This document shows positions 1-11,212 of a stretch of 64,000 bases of DNA, piece by piece. The DNA lies in NCBI GenBank assembly GCA_004431415.1, contig QPMI01000508.1, forward strand, positions 62,001 through 126,000, given 5' to 3'. The stretch comes from Cyanophora paradoxa CCMP329 (taxonomy: Eukaryota; Plantae; Glaucophyta). The translations under genes were made by a program, and so were the position numbers. How positions within the stretch are numbered: the stretch's first letter is position 1; the number at the start of each line of letters is the position of its first letter. The notes under the pieces were generated by a model. It was not told the DNA's origin, did no database searches, and was given only the letters and a program-made list of their open reading frames with translations.

Positions 1-1108
1 GCATGCGCAGAAAGCCGAGAAGAGACTTGCGGCGGCCGTCGACGGCAATGCTGACACGTACAACAAAGAGTGCGCCGGCCGGCTGTCCCTTGAGCTTGAC
101 AAGTTGGGATCTCACGTTCTGCTAGCCTTCTGAAAGTCCGCTGGCGTCTCGCGAGTCTCTACCTTTGGAACAACCGCGAGAACGACTTCCACGCTGTCTG
201 CGAGGTACTCAACATTCGATTTAATTGCCCCTTATCATCAAGTTGCCCCTTACGTTAAAGCATATGCGTGGCATTGCGTGCGCAGCGCATGGCGCCGCAC
301 CTTGACCACATGGATGACGAGGCTCTTCTCAAGGCCTTTCCCGACGTGCGCCGCTTTAAATTTCATTTGGTTTAACATTTTGCAATTGAATGGTTTAACA
401 TTTTTGCATGATCATGATCGTGATATTGCAGGGAGATCAAGTCTCGCCGTCGACGTCTAAGCCGGCCAGTTCGCAAGTGAGCATTTAATATTCTTATAAA
501 CGTACGCGAGTACGTCACGTGCAATTGACGTCGACGATGCCATATGCATGCAGCGGCGGTCTATGCACGCAGCCGACCTCTTCCGCAACCTGAGCAAGCG
601 CCGCTTGTGGGCGGAGGACCTCGAGGGGGCCCGCGCTGCGCTCGAGGTGCGCATTTCTTAAAGCTCAAGCCCTCGCGATCGATCGTGATTCGTGATCTAG
701 AATATTTATATACTATGATAGCCCTCATGCAAGCTTCCTATGATTAATTCGAATTCGTGTGCGAATTTACAGCGCGGTGTTGTCCTTGAGCTCAAGCTTC
801 GAAAGAAAATTCGCGAAAACGCGCGCGTGCAAGTCACGATTGAATTCGAAACAGAACCCTATATTCTTCGGCATCGACCTCTTTCGGACTTTGTCGGCAA
901 TTGCAAGATCGTGCGCTGGAGGGTGCATGTGGAGACGCCTGAAGGAAACGTACTTCATAATGAGGTGGACCTCTCTATGAATTATTCTGTTGTCTTGCGC
1001 AAGCACGAACACTCTTCTAACATTGGAAATTTGAATGAACTGCATTTAACAGACCGGGTGGTATGCAAGAACACACTCGGCGCTGAAGCTGGAGTTGAAG
1101 GGAACTAA
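1..1108. pseudogene. Moderate-GC region with short interrupted coding-like frames (possible decayed gene or TE remnant)
   Basis: Coding-like fragments (HAQKAEKRLAAAVDGNADTYNKECAG on +; DLAIADKVRKRSMPKNIGFCFEF on -) broken by stops. No family recognised. Confidence 0.2.
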
Positions 1109-1119
1109 TCACTCGAACG

Positions 1120-1915
1120 GCCACATCACTATCTGGGACCTGCAGCTGGCCATGCATGATATGGTCAGGATCCGTAACCCCCCCGGCCCGCGCGTGCCAC
1201 GAGTGCGATATGCGCAGGGCGCGTTGGCGCTGGTACCGCTCGCTGCGATCGGCCTGGCGCTTCTGGCCCCCTTAGTGCTCCTCTCCGGCGGCCTCGCGGG
1301 TGCATCCGCCTCGATCGCGAGCTCCGGCCGCGGCTCGAGCTCTCCTCCGCGCCGTGCCACAGTGCGCCTTTCTGAACTGCTTCGCTGCAGCCACGGTCAT
1401 CTTATTCGCCATCGGCCTCGGTCCGGATCCGCCCCGTAGGCCTACACGCCTGCCGCTTGAACTTCCCTCGACTCTTCCCGCGCCCTCCGCGCCCTCAACA
1501 GCCGTACCGCAGCAAGCTGGGCGCTGGTCTTCGGAGGGGGGCTCGCGATCTTGCTCCCTGTCACGGCCTGCGGCGTCCTCGCTGCCGGCGAGTCCATCGA
1601 TATCAGCGCCCCCCTTCGAAATTTAAATCTTCTCGCCGCACCCGCGCTGTGAACGTCATATTAATCGGACTGCGGGCTCGCAGGGGGCCTGGCAATGATC
1701 TTCGGAGGGGCGGCGCTGACGACGGCAGCGGGACTCGCGATCCCCGTCGCGGTATGCGGCGTTCTCGCTGCTCTAGTCAAGGTCCGCCCTCCCTCTCGCC
1801 CCGCGCAGCACGCGGGGCCAGCTGTTCATGCAGCACGACCGACCGCGTGCGGACGCAGGGCTTGTACCGCACGCGGCTGCAGAGCGTGATCCGCCGCTTT
1901 CGCACCAAGTACTAG
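1120..1915 (+). CDS. Hypothetical small membrane protein (spliced; 5' end uncertain)
   Basis: Hydrophobic exons GALALVPLAAIGLALLAPLVLLSGG and GLAMIFGGAALTTAAGLAIPVAVCGVLAALVK|gtccgc...cag|GLYRTRLQSVIRRFRTKY*, stop at 1913-1915. Confidence 0.35.
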
Positions 1916-2370
1916 TTTTCAAGTTTCAGACGATCGCGACGCCTAACGCCAGCGTTGAGCTGGTCGCGTCGAGCTGCAGCTGACGTCTGGCTCATGATCA
2001 TGAGTAGCGGTAGAGCTCAAGGTCGTCGATGCCAGCAGCTGCCACGGGGCTCACCGCGGCACATTTATCGTAGTATACATATAGCTCTCGCTTGAAATCA
2101 AATATTTTCTATTAAACATGCCCAGTGCGGTGACTTAAAGGGCAAGGTTGACGTTTAAAATTTGCCGAATTGTCCTCCCCCTAAGTTGCAAGTACTCCGA
2201 TCCGTCCGCGCCCGCCGGCGCCGGTCGCGATCGCGCACGCGCGCCGCGCGCACGTATACGTGCATGTGGGGCCGGGAGGGGGGGTGGAAGGGGAGGGGGG
2301 GAGGGAGGGACCGGGGGGTATGCGATAGCTCGTGTTGACAAGACAGAGAACATAAGAGAGGGCGCGGGGG

Positions 2371-5174
2371 CTAGGGGGCGGGGGGGGCCTGCAGGGAGAG
2401 GGGCCGCTCGGCGGGCTGCTCGGCGGGGTCGAGGGCGCGGACGGGGGCGTTGCGGACGTAGTCCCAGAGGGCGCGGCGGCCCGGGTCGGACTCGGGGACG
2501 GGCAGGGGCCGCCAGTCGGGGTGGCCCTCGACGGAGCCGTCGGGGCGGAGGCGGAGGGGCGGGCGGGCGTGCGGCGGGTCGCGCTGGAGGGCGGCGTGGC
2601 GGGCGATGAGGAAGTCGAGGGCGGCGCGGAAGGAGAGCCCCGCCGCCACCGACTCGTCGAACACGAGCGCCTGCCCCCGGCCCCCCGCGTCGCCCCCGGC
2701 CCGGCCTCGGGCGGGGCGGGGCGGGGCGGGCGGGAGGGGGCGGGCCTGGAGGTCGGCGGCGAGCATGCGGCGGGCGACGTCGGCGCGGTACGCCTCGTCC
2801 GACACCATCGCCACCACCTGCCCGGCCCTCGCTCCCGGGCGGGGGGGGCGGGTGGGGGGCGGGGGGTGGGGCGCGCCTTGTCGACGTACTCCTGGTCCGA
2901 GGCGGCGACGAGCTCGCCGAGGCCGAGCCGCCGGAACACCGCCGCCGAGTACCTGCGCCGGCCTCGCGCGGCGCCGGGGCGCGGGGCGGACGGGGCGGGG
3001 CGGGCGGGCCTGCTCTGGGGGGTGGGCCCGAGCTGGGTGACCATGGGGACGCCGACGTGGAGGGCGATCGCGCAGGTCGTCACCGCCCCGAACGGCGCTG
3101 AGTCCAGGTACAGGTCCGCCTGCCCCGCCCCTCGCCCCCGCCCCGAGGGGAAAGAGAGAGGGGGGTACGGGCCTCGCGGACGGTGGCGAGGTACTGGGGG
3201 TACTCGAGGGCGGCGAGGACCTCGACGTTGGCGGGGCCGAGGGCGCGCTCGAGGCCGCGCCGGATGAGCAGCAGCTCGCGCTCCGAGGGGACCGAGGGGA
3301 AGAAGCGGAAGAGCAGGCCGCGGGGCGAGCGCGCCTGCACCGCCTGAAGCTTCGCCACCATCCCCTCGTTCACCTTCATCGACGTCCACGGGCAGTTCAC
3401 CACCAGCCGCCCGTCCCCGCGCCGCCCCGCCCCCGCCGGCGCGATCGACGGCCGCCGGTACGTCGTCCCTGCGCGCCGCCCTCGGCGGGGGCCGCGGGGA
3501 GGCGGGGGCGGGGCGGGGCGCGCCGAGGCCCGGGAGGAGGACGAGGCGCTCGGAGTAGTGCTCCTGCGCCTCCGGCGGCTCGATGTCCGCCCCGTTGATG
3601 TAGTAGTCGATCTCCGCCCCGTGCGTGCTCACCGGGTGCCCGAACCCCGCCGCCTGCGCCCCCTCAGCCGGCGCCGGGGGCGGGGCGGGGCGGGGCGGGG
3701 GGCGCCTGGATGGGGGCGATGCGGGTGTTGGCGAGGAAGATGGACTCGAGGTTCATGCCGACGTCGGGGAAGTAGGCCAGCGCGAACTCGTTGCGCAGCA
3801 GCGGGCCCATGTCCAGCACCCCGTTCACGAACCGCACCCGCTGCACCCGCGCGAACCCCTCCACGTGCAGCAGCCCGTCTGCCGCACCCGGCCCCTCGAC
3901 CCCGGCCCTGCGCAGCGCAGCGGCGGGCCGGGGCGGGGAGGGAGGGGAGGGTGACCCTGGCCCCAGTCGCCGAGGTAGACGAGGGTGACGTCGAAGTGGC
4001 CGGCGAGGGCCTTGACGTACCCGAGCTGGCTCTCGAAGACGGGGTGCTTCGGCCGCCAGAGGCCCGTCACCCACGCGATCTTGTGCCGCCGCGGCGCGTT
4101 CATCACCTGCACCCCGTTCCGCCGCCAGAAGCGCTCCTGCCGCCCCGTCGGCCCCGGCCCGCCCCGCCCCTGGCGCGGGCCCCGCGCACCCGCACAAAGC
4201 TGTTGATCTGCCGCTTCAGGTGCCGGTCCGCGCGGTGGTCGATGTACGAAGCGAGGAAGTAGGGGCCCCAATCGATCTGCGCGAGCCTCGGGAGGCGGCC
4301 CGGCGCGCGGCGGCGAGGCGGCGGCGCGCCTGCTCGATGTGGATGGGCGTCGTCTCCGCGACCGCGACGTGCGCGCGCAGCTTCTCCGCCTTCCCCGGCG
4401 TGAAGGTCCCGCTGTTCACCGCCCCGATGAACTCTGCGCCGCGCCTCAGCCGGCCCCGCGCCGTCGAGCCGCACGGCCGCGGGGCGCACCCATGTACCAC
4501 ATGCCGCCGAGCGTGGGGTGCGCGGCGAGCAGCGCCTGCGTGTTGAACGGGACGTTGCTGTAGACGCTGTACAGCACGTAGATCTTCACCAGGTTCCGCT
4601 GCGCGTCCCTGCAGGCCGGGTCGGCCCCGGTCACGGCGCAGAGCCAGCTCGAGGCGCCGGGATCCCGGAGCGCACCCGAGCAGCACGCGGATCGTGCCAT
4701 CTGCAGAGAGGTTGTGGCACTCGGCGAGCTCCGAGATGAGCCTGTGCATGCCGACGAACTGGCGTATGTGCTGCTCGGGGATGTCGTACACGGGCGACGC
4801 GAAGGCCTGCGAGTCCGCTCGCGCCGCATCCCTCGCACGCACGCGCGATCCGTCTGATCCCTCACCTGGTGCAGGCTGCGGATGAAGCCGAACGCGCCCT
4901 TGCACGTCCCGGCCTCCGCGAACTGCTTCAAGCGCTCGCCGAAGTAGGCGGACAGCTCGATGTGTCGTCCCGTCAGCAGCAGCTCGTTGGCCTTCAGGTC
5001 CTCCAGCTCCTCGCCTGGCGGGACCTCCGGCGCGATGGCGGCGCGGAAGCGCTCGCCCATGCGCAGGTGGGCCGCCACGGCCTGCCGAAACGCGTCCGTC
5101 TGCGCATCCTGTGCATTGGCTGATAGAGCTAGGGCGTACAGGAGCGCCGCGAGCACGCCGAGCCAGGCCCGCAT
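2371..5174 (-). CDS. HMW1C/NGT-like GT41 glycosyltransferase with N-terminal signal peptide (multi-exon)
   Basis: Spliced motifs: [42 protein letters not shown]|[49 protein letters not shown]...[28 protein letters not shown]-terminus [22 protein letters not shown]. Confidence 0.8.
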
Positions 5175-5216
5175 CGGTTCGGCCGGGTACACCGCTATCG
5201 CGCTGCCGAGCTGCTG

Positions 5217-5726
5217 ATGGGTCTCTTCTCGCTCTACATCGTGAACAAGGCCGGCGGCTTGATCTACCAGCAGGTGCCGATGCGCTTGCGTCGCGGCGCG
5301 CCGCGCTGACCGCGTTGCAGGACTTTGCCAGCATCCCGAAGCTCGGGTCGAACGACTACCTCCGCCTGGCCTCGACGCTGCATTCTTTCATCGCCATCTC
5401 GGCGCAAATCTCCCCCGTGACCGGCTCCTCCGGAATTGAGGTCCTCGAGGCGGACACATTCAAGCTGCATTGCTTCGCCACGCCGACCGGTGCGCGCCCC
5501 CGTGCGGTCGTGCTGTTCGTGCACCGAGCCCACGCGGCGCGCAGGGACGACGTTCTTCGTCACGGCGGACCCCACACAGCAGAACCTGGACGTCGTCCTG
5601 CGCGCCATCTACGAGCTCTATGCTGACTACGTGCTGAAGAACCCCTTCTACGACATCGACCAGGTCATCAAGAACTGCGACCTGTTCGAGCTCAACCTGG
5701 AGAAGCTTATCGCCGAAGTCAAATGA
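5217..5726 (+). CDS. TRAPPC4: TRAPP complex subunit 4 (Trs23/sybindin)
   Basis: Exons 5217-5273, 5321-5489, 5545-5726: [19 protein letters not shown]|DF...[13 protein letters not shown]...[20 protein letters not shown]|TTFFVTADP...[15 protein letters not shown]. Confidence 0.95.
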
Positions 5727-6295
5727 CACCTCGGCACCTCGCAGTCGTTCAATGTCCGCGGGTGTCCCTGCTCCGGGCGGCCCGGTTCTCAGCGGCGGCC
5801 ACAGCATGCCCAGTCGCTCAGCAGGGTAGCCGCCTCCACGTGGCCCGCGCGCGGGCGATCCCCCTCGCATCAGCGCGGAGAGCCGGCTCCCGTTCCCGAA
5901 TCCCGATTCGCGGGTAGCCTCCTCTGGTCCCCCGCTTTCGTCGGCGACCGAGAGGCCCGTTTCAGTATGCCGGACGTTCCTGCTGACGGCGGCCTGTTAG
6001 GGTTGCCCACGGCGGCGAGTTAGCTAGCGCTGTCGCTGCAGCCGGTTCAACTGCTGTCTGGCCTCGATGTAGAAATCGAGTTCGGTCTTTTATCAATCTC
6101 CCCCCTGCACGCGGACGCGGCGCTCCCCAGAGCCCAGGGGACATAGGGCGGGAATAGTGGTTACTAATCGGGCTGTTCAAGTAGACCTATCTGGCTATCT
6201 GGAGCCGGTCGGACGAGCAAAGAGCCCGCACGGATGGCGCCTCAAGAAACTATACTGCACAAACGATTCTATTAGTAGAGTTGGGAGGCTGCCGC

Positions 6296-7776
6296 TTAGA
6301 CGCGGTTCGGGCCGAAGGTCTGCGCGCGAGTCAGACGGGAGGGCGGGAGTCGTGTGGGGGCAGCGGACCTTGAACTGCGCCTGGGTCGCCTTGGCGAACA
6401 TGATGGCCGACGCCGCGAAGACGATGGTGCCGATGAGCTGCAGGAACTGCGACGTCGCGTTGTGGTTGAACTCGTCTGCGGTGCCCTCGCGTCACGCGGG
6501 GCGGCCGCGCACGGGGCGGGGGGCGGACCGGGGAGGGGGCAGGTCGAGGCGTAGGCGCCGTCGAAGTCGCACTTGGGGGTGAGGAAGACGAGGACAGCGA
6601 GGGAGATGAGGTAGATGCCGGCGGCGATGCAGAGGCCGACGACCGGCGCCACGGGGCGCAGCACCTGCAGGCGCGGCGCGGTCGGGGGCGGCGGGGCGCG
6701 GGGCGGCGGGGGGCGGGCGGCGGACCTCGCGCTTGAAGTGGAGGGAGCGGAGGAAGCAGGCGACGATCACGAAGACGAGGGCGGCGAGCTCGAAGAAGAT
6801 CGCGTAGCCGAAGTGGATCTCCCCGGCGAGCTGCACGATGCCTGCGCGCCCCGCGGTCAGCGCCAGGCCCCTCGGGGCGGGGCGGGCGGGGCGGGGCGGG
6901 GGCGGCCAGGCGCACCGTGGACGACGCCGAGGCCGAGGCCGACGCCGATGGCAATGAAGAGGGCGGTCCCGAGCTGCCGCCGGGGTCGGCGGCTGCAGCG
7001 CGCCCCAGGCCCGCCCGGGGCGCACCTGGATGAAGATGGTGCACGCGAAGCTGATGAGGCAGCCCTGAGGAGCGAGGCGCGTCATGCGATCGCTCCCGCC
7101 GTAGAGGGGGAGCGGGCGGCACCGCAGCCAGGCCGAGGAAGACGACGTAGGTGTTGCGGGTGTACTCAAACTCGCGGGTGGGGCCTGCGCAGGAGTTGGC
7201 GCGAAACAGGCACGGGGGCGAGAGATGATCACGGACCGAAGGGCGGGAGCTTCTGCCAGAACTTGTGGTGGACGAGACCGAAGGCGAGAGCCGCGATGCC
7301 AGTGCACAGCAGGGCGGCGCCCCCGAGGTACAGGTGAAGCTTCGCGGAGTAGTTGGCCTTCACCTTAGTCTGCGAGACGATTGTCGGATACCCGAGGCAG
7401 GGTGGCCGCTGGCCATTGGATCGCAACTGACCTTGATCTTGTACCAGCTGTAGACGACCACGAAGGCCATCACCGCCGCCAGGACGGCGTGCAAGTAGCT
7501 GACCGCATAGGTGCCTGCAGACGCGGGAAGTCAAGCGGTGATGCCGGAGGTGGCCTTCCAGTTGGCGGGCTCCCGGGATGCCTGGGCGCCCGTCCGAGCG
7601 CGCTATCCGACAACTTCGATAGATTCCGATATTCCGGGCCGAACGGGCCCGACGCGAGAAGCGGGAGTTGGTGTGTCGGTTTAAACCCTCCCGCCGAAGG
7701 ACGAGCAAGCGAAGGGATCGGGGATTGTCGAAGCACACTCACCCGTGCCCACGTCGATGCCGGCCTTGTACGCCAT
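6296..7776 (-). CDS. Multi-pass (~7 TM) membrane protein of unknown function (multi-exon)
   Basis: Successive hydrophobic exons (YAVSYLHAVLAAVMAFVVVYSW; LLCTGIAALAFGLVHH; YAIFFELAALVFVIVACF; GLCIAAGIYLISLAVLVF; EFNHNATSQFLQLIGTIVF). Last exon TFGPNRV*. Confidence 0.6.
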
Positions 7777-7833
7777 GCTTGATGTTTGCTGGCCGGCTGG
7801 ATTGCCGCGTACCCCGGGTAGGTTCGCCCTGCG

Positions 7834-9750
7834 ATGGACAGCGAGATGATCCGGCTCCGCACCGCGTTCGCCCAGGCCCTGCCGGCCGTCCGCATGGCAG
7901 CCAGCGTCGTGCTTCCGGGCTCGGCCAGGACCTCCGCCGTGTCTCGCCAATCCGCCGTCCAGCGCGAGCTGCGGCGTGGCGGGCGCTCGTTCGTGGCCGG
8001 CAGTGCAGCCTCATTCCTGCCCATGGGCCGCTTCTTCCGTGCGTGCCACCACCTGCGCGCGTGCCAGATTCTTCCCTATCGAGCCCCGGCCGCGCGCCAG
8101 AGGCGTCCACGCTGCGTAGCTAGCTTAGCTTAGGGTCGTGTCGAGCTCTACTAACGCCGGCGCAGAGGCCCGCCTCGCGCAGGCGATGCGCGTGAGCACG
8201 TCGACGTCGGCGGCTACCACGTGCTCAGCGGCTCCGTCGGGGGTGACCGACAAGCAGTTGTCGCTTGAAGAGATCATGAAGATCGTCAAGACCCCGTCCC
8301 CGCAGAACAACGTGACCGACTACATCGCTGAGAAGATCGGCACTGACCTGCACATGCGCCCCAACCACCCCCTCGGCATCATCAAGGACAAGATTCAGAA
8401 GCACTTCGAGTCCGCGCACCCCGGCGTCTTCAGCATGTTCGACCGCCTGCCGCCCATCGTGTCGGTTCAGGCGAACTTCGACGACCTGCTCGTGCCGGCG
8501 GATCACGTGAGCCGCTCCTCGAATGACACGTTCTACATTACGGAGGAAACCATCCTGCGGTGCCACACGAGCGCGCACCAGACGGAGCTGCTGCGCCGCG
8601 GCCTCAAGGCGTTCCTCTGCACGGGCGACGTGTACCGGCGCGACAGCATCGACGCGACGCACTACCCGGTCTTCCACCAGATGGAGGGCGTGCGCGTCTT
8701 CGAGCAGGCGGAGTGGGAGGCGGCCGGCGTCTCGGCCCTCGAGCTCGCCGAGAAGGACCTCAAGAAGACCCTCGAGGGCCTCGTCCGGACCCTCTTCGGT
8801 GCGGCCGCCCGGCGCCGGCAGCACGCGCGGGGCTGACGGCGGGGGCGGGGCAGGCGAGGTGGAGATGCGGTGGGTGGACGCCTACTTCCCCTTCACGGAG
8901 CCGTCGTTCGAGCTGGAGATCTTCTTCAAGGGCGAGTGGCTGGAGGTCCTCGGCTGCGGCGTCGTCCGCCAGGAGATCCTCGACGCCTGCGGCATGGGCC
9001 ACCTCAAGGCCCGCCCCCGCACCGCCCCGCCCCGCCCCTCTTCTTTTCCTTCCTTTTCCCGACGCGCCGGGCGGGGCAGGGCTGGGCCTTCGGGCTCGGC
9101 CTGGAGCGGCTGGCGATGGTGCTCTTCGACATCCCCGACATCCGCCTCTTCTGGAGCGACGACACCCGCTTCACCAAGCAGTTCACCGTGCGCCGCCCCG
9201 CCCCGCCCCGCCCCGCCCCGCCCCGCGCGGGGCGCGAGCGGGGCGCAGGCGGGGAAGATCACCAAGTTCAAGTCGTACAGCAAGTTCCCGCCGTGCTACA
9301 AGGACATCGCCTTCTGGATCTCCCCCGAGTTCACCGAGAACAACTTCTGCGAGGCGCCCCCGCCTGCCCCGCCCTGCGCCCCGCGCCCCCGCCCCGCCGA
9401 CGCCCCGCCACAGCTGGTTCGCGGCATCGCCGGCGACCTCGTCGAGGAGGTCAAGATGATCGACGGTGCGGCGGCGGGGCCCCGTCGCGCGGCTGCGCCC
9501 GCGCCGGGGGTCGAGCGGCGGGGGCGCAGAGTTCACGCACCCGAAGACGGGGAAGACGAGCCAGTGCTTCCGGATCTCTTACCGCTCCATGGACCGCTCG
9601 CTCACCGACGAGGAGATCAACGACCTCCAGGCCCGCCCCGCCCGCCCCGCCCGCCCCGCCCCGCCCCGCCCCGCCCCGCGCTGAGGGCGGGGCGCGCAGG
9701 CCTCGGTCCGCGAGCGCGTCGCCTCCGAGCTCAAGGTCGAGCTCCGGTGA
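7834..9750 (+). CDS. FARS2: Monomeric organellar phenylalanyl-tRNA synthetase with targeting presequence
   Basis: [84 protein letters not shown] and a C-terminal FDX-ACB domain. Introns 8799-8853, 9009-9079, 9188-9248, 9354-9413, 9466-9529, 9631-9699. Confidence 0.97.
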
Positions 9751-9852
9751 CCGGCCCCGGCGCCCGCCCGCCCGCCCCCTCCCCGACCCTCCCGCCCCCC
9801 GCCCCGGCCCGCCCCAACCCTCCGCCCAACCCGAAGTGCACAGTCCGCTTGC

Positions 9853-10903
9853 TCAGCTGGAGACGGGGGGCGGGCGGGGCGCGGGGGCGGGGCGAGGGCG
9901 GGGCGGAGGGCGCGGAGGACGTCGTCGGCGAGGGCGTCGGGCCCCGGGACGGCGGCCCAGTCGAGGCCGAAGCGGGCGAACTCGCGCCGGGCCAGCGGCG
10001 TGTCCACCAGCCCCGGCTCGAAGAGCAGCGCCCGCACGCCCCGCGCCCCGCACGCCTCCCCGCCCCGCCCCTCGCTCCACGCCCGCACCTGCCCGCCGGC
10101 GGCCGTCGGCCCCGGGAGAGGAGGGCTCGAGCCTGGAGGCGGGCGCACGAGGGCCATGCTCTCCATGTAACCGCGCTCGTTGTCCGTCGCCCCGGGCCCC
10201 TCCCGCGCCTCCATCGCCTCCTTGAACCCCGGCTGCCCTGCCCCCGCCCCGCCTCAGCAGCCCGAAGACGGGCCCGTGGGAGGGCGTCGCGAAGCGGCGT
10301 GTGCGCATGCGCACCGGCCTGCGATCCGATGTTGACGACCACGCCGCCCTGCGCCATGGACGGCAGCAGCAGGTCCACCAGGTTCCGCTTGCTTTCGTAG
10401 TTGACCGCCAGCAGCCGCGCGCGCACCGCCGCCGCCCCGCCCCCGCCGGCATCGTCGTCCCACCTGCGCGGGCTGTTGAGGAGCGCGCGCGGGGCTCTTC
10501 GGCGTGCTTGCGCGCACATGAACGATCCCGCGGAGTTGACGACGACCCGGAGGGGCTCGCTCTGGGCCCGGACCAGCTCCTCGAGCGCCGCGAGCTGGGC
10601 GCCGTCCGTAACGTCGGCGGGGTGCGCGCGCGCGAGCTCCCTTCCAGCTTCTGCAGAGCGTAAAAAGGTGGAGCGTTGTTTCACCCTGCTCCTTGATGGC
10701 CGCGGAGGCCCGCGGAGAGTGCGCGCGGCGATCGCACCGGTGTTGATGCGGTTGGCGGCAGCCTGCAGTTCAGCGGGGCGCCTCGCAACGAGCAGCACCC
10801 GCATCTGCAGCTCAAGGCAGAGCCTGCGCGCGATGGCGAAGCCGATGCCGTCGCTGGCGCCCGTGCACACGGCGAGGCCGCCGCTTGTGCTGGCGCCGGC
10901 CAT
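9853..10903 (-). CDS. Short-chain dehydrogenase/reductase (3' end uncertain)
   Basis: TGASDGIG cofactor motif, [30 protein letters not shown]. Catalytic motif reads YMESM. Confidence 0.85.
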
Positions 10904-11212
10904 CGATACTGGACGGTCCGCCGGAGCTGTCCTCAGCTCTCCCCTTCTCTCCTCTAGATTTCCAGCTCCCGAAAAGTGCTAGCCACTAAGCCAGCTCCGG
11001 ATCCTACCAGCTGCAGTCTACTAGGCTAGGCCGCCGATCTCGCGAGCTCGAGTCGAGCTCGAGCTCAGTACTTGTACCCCGCGCTGCGCCCAATTCGCAT
11101 TTCAGACGCCTGAGGCCCAGGCCCAGCTCCGCATGCTGCGTCTGTCTTCGGTGTGCATATTGGACTTGATGTAGACCCGCGGCCCGCGCGCTGGCACGGC
11201 ACGGCGGGCGGG

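Noticed and set aside
7229-7240. In-frame TGA after PFGP as stop-codon readthrough or selenocysteine
   Set aside because: A GT donor precedes it and splicing restores the frame (G|PTREFEYTRN).
8799-9631. Nucleosome-length periodicity of intron positions (spacings 210, 179, 166, 112, 165)
   Set aside because: Other genes give ~110-160 (isochorismatase) or ~95-330 (kinase), so it is not consistent within this window.
9188-9699. CCCCG-repeat introns as Introner-type transposons
   Set aside because: Shared sequence is low-complexity only. No alignable unique core or target duplications were seen.
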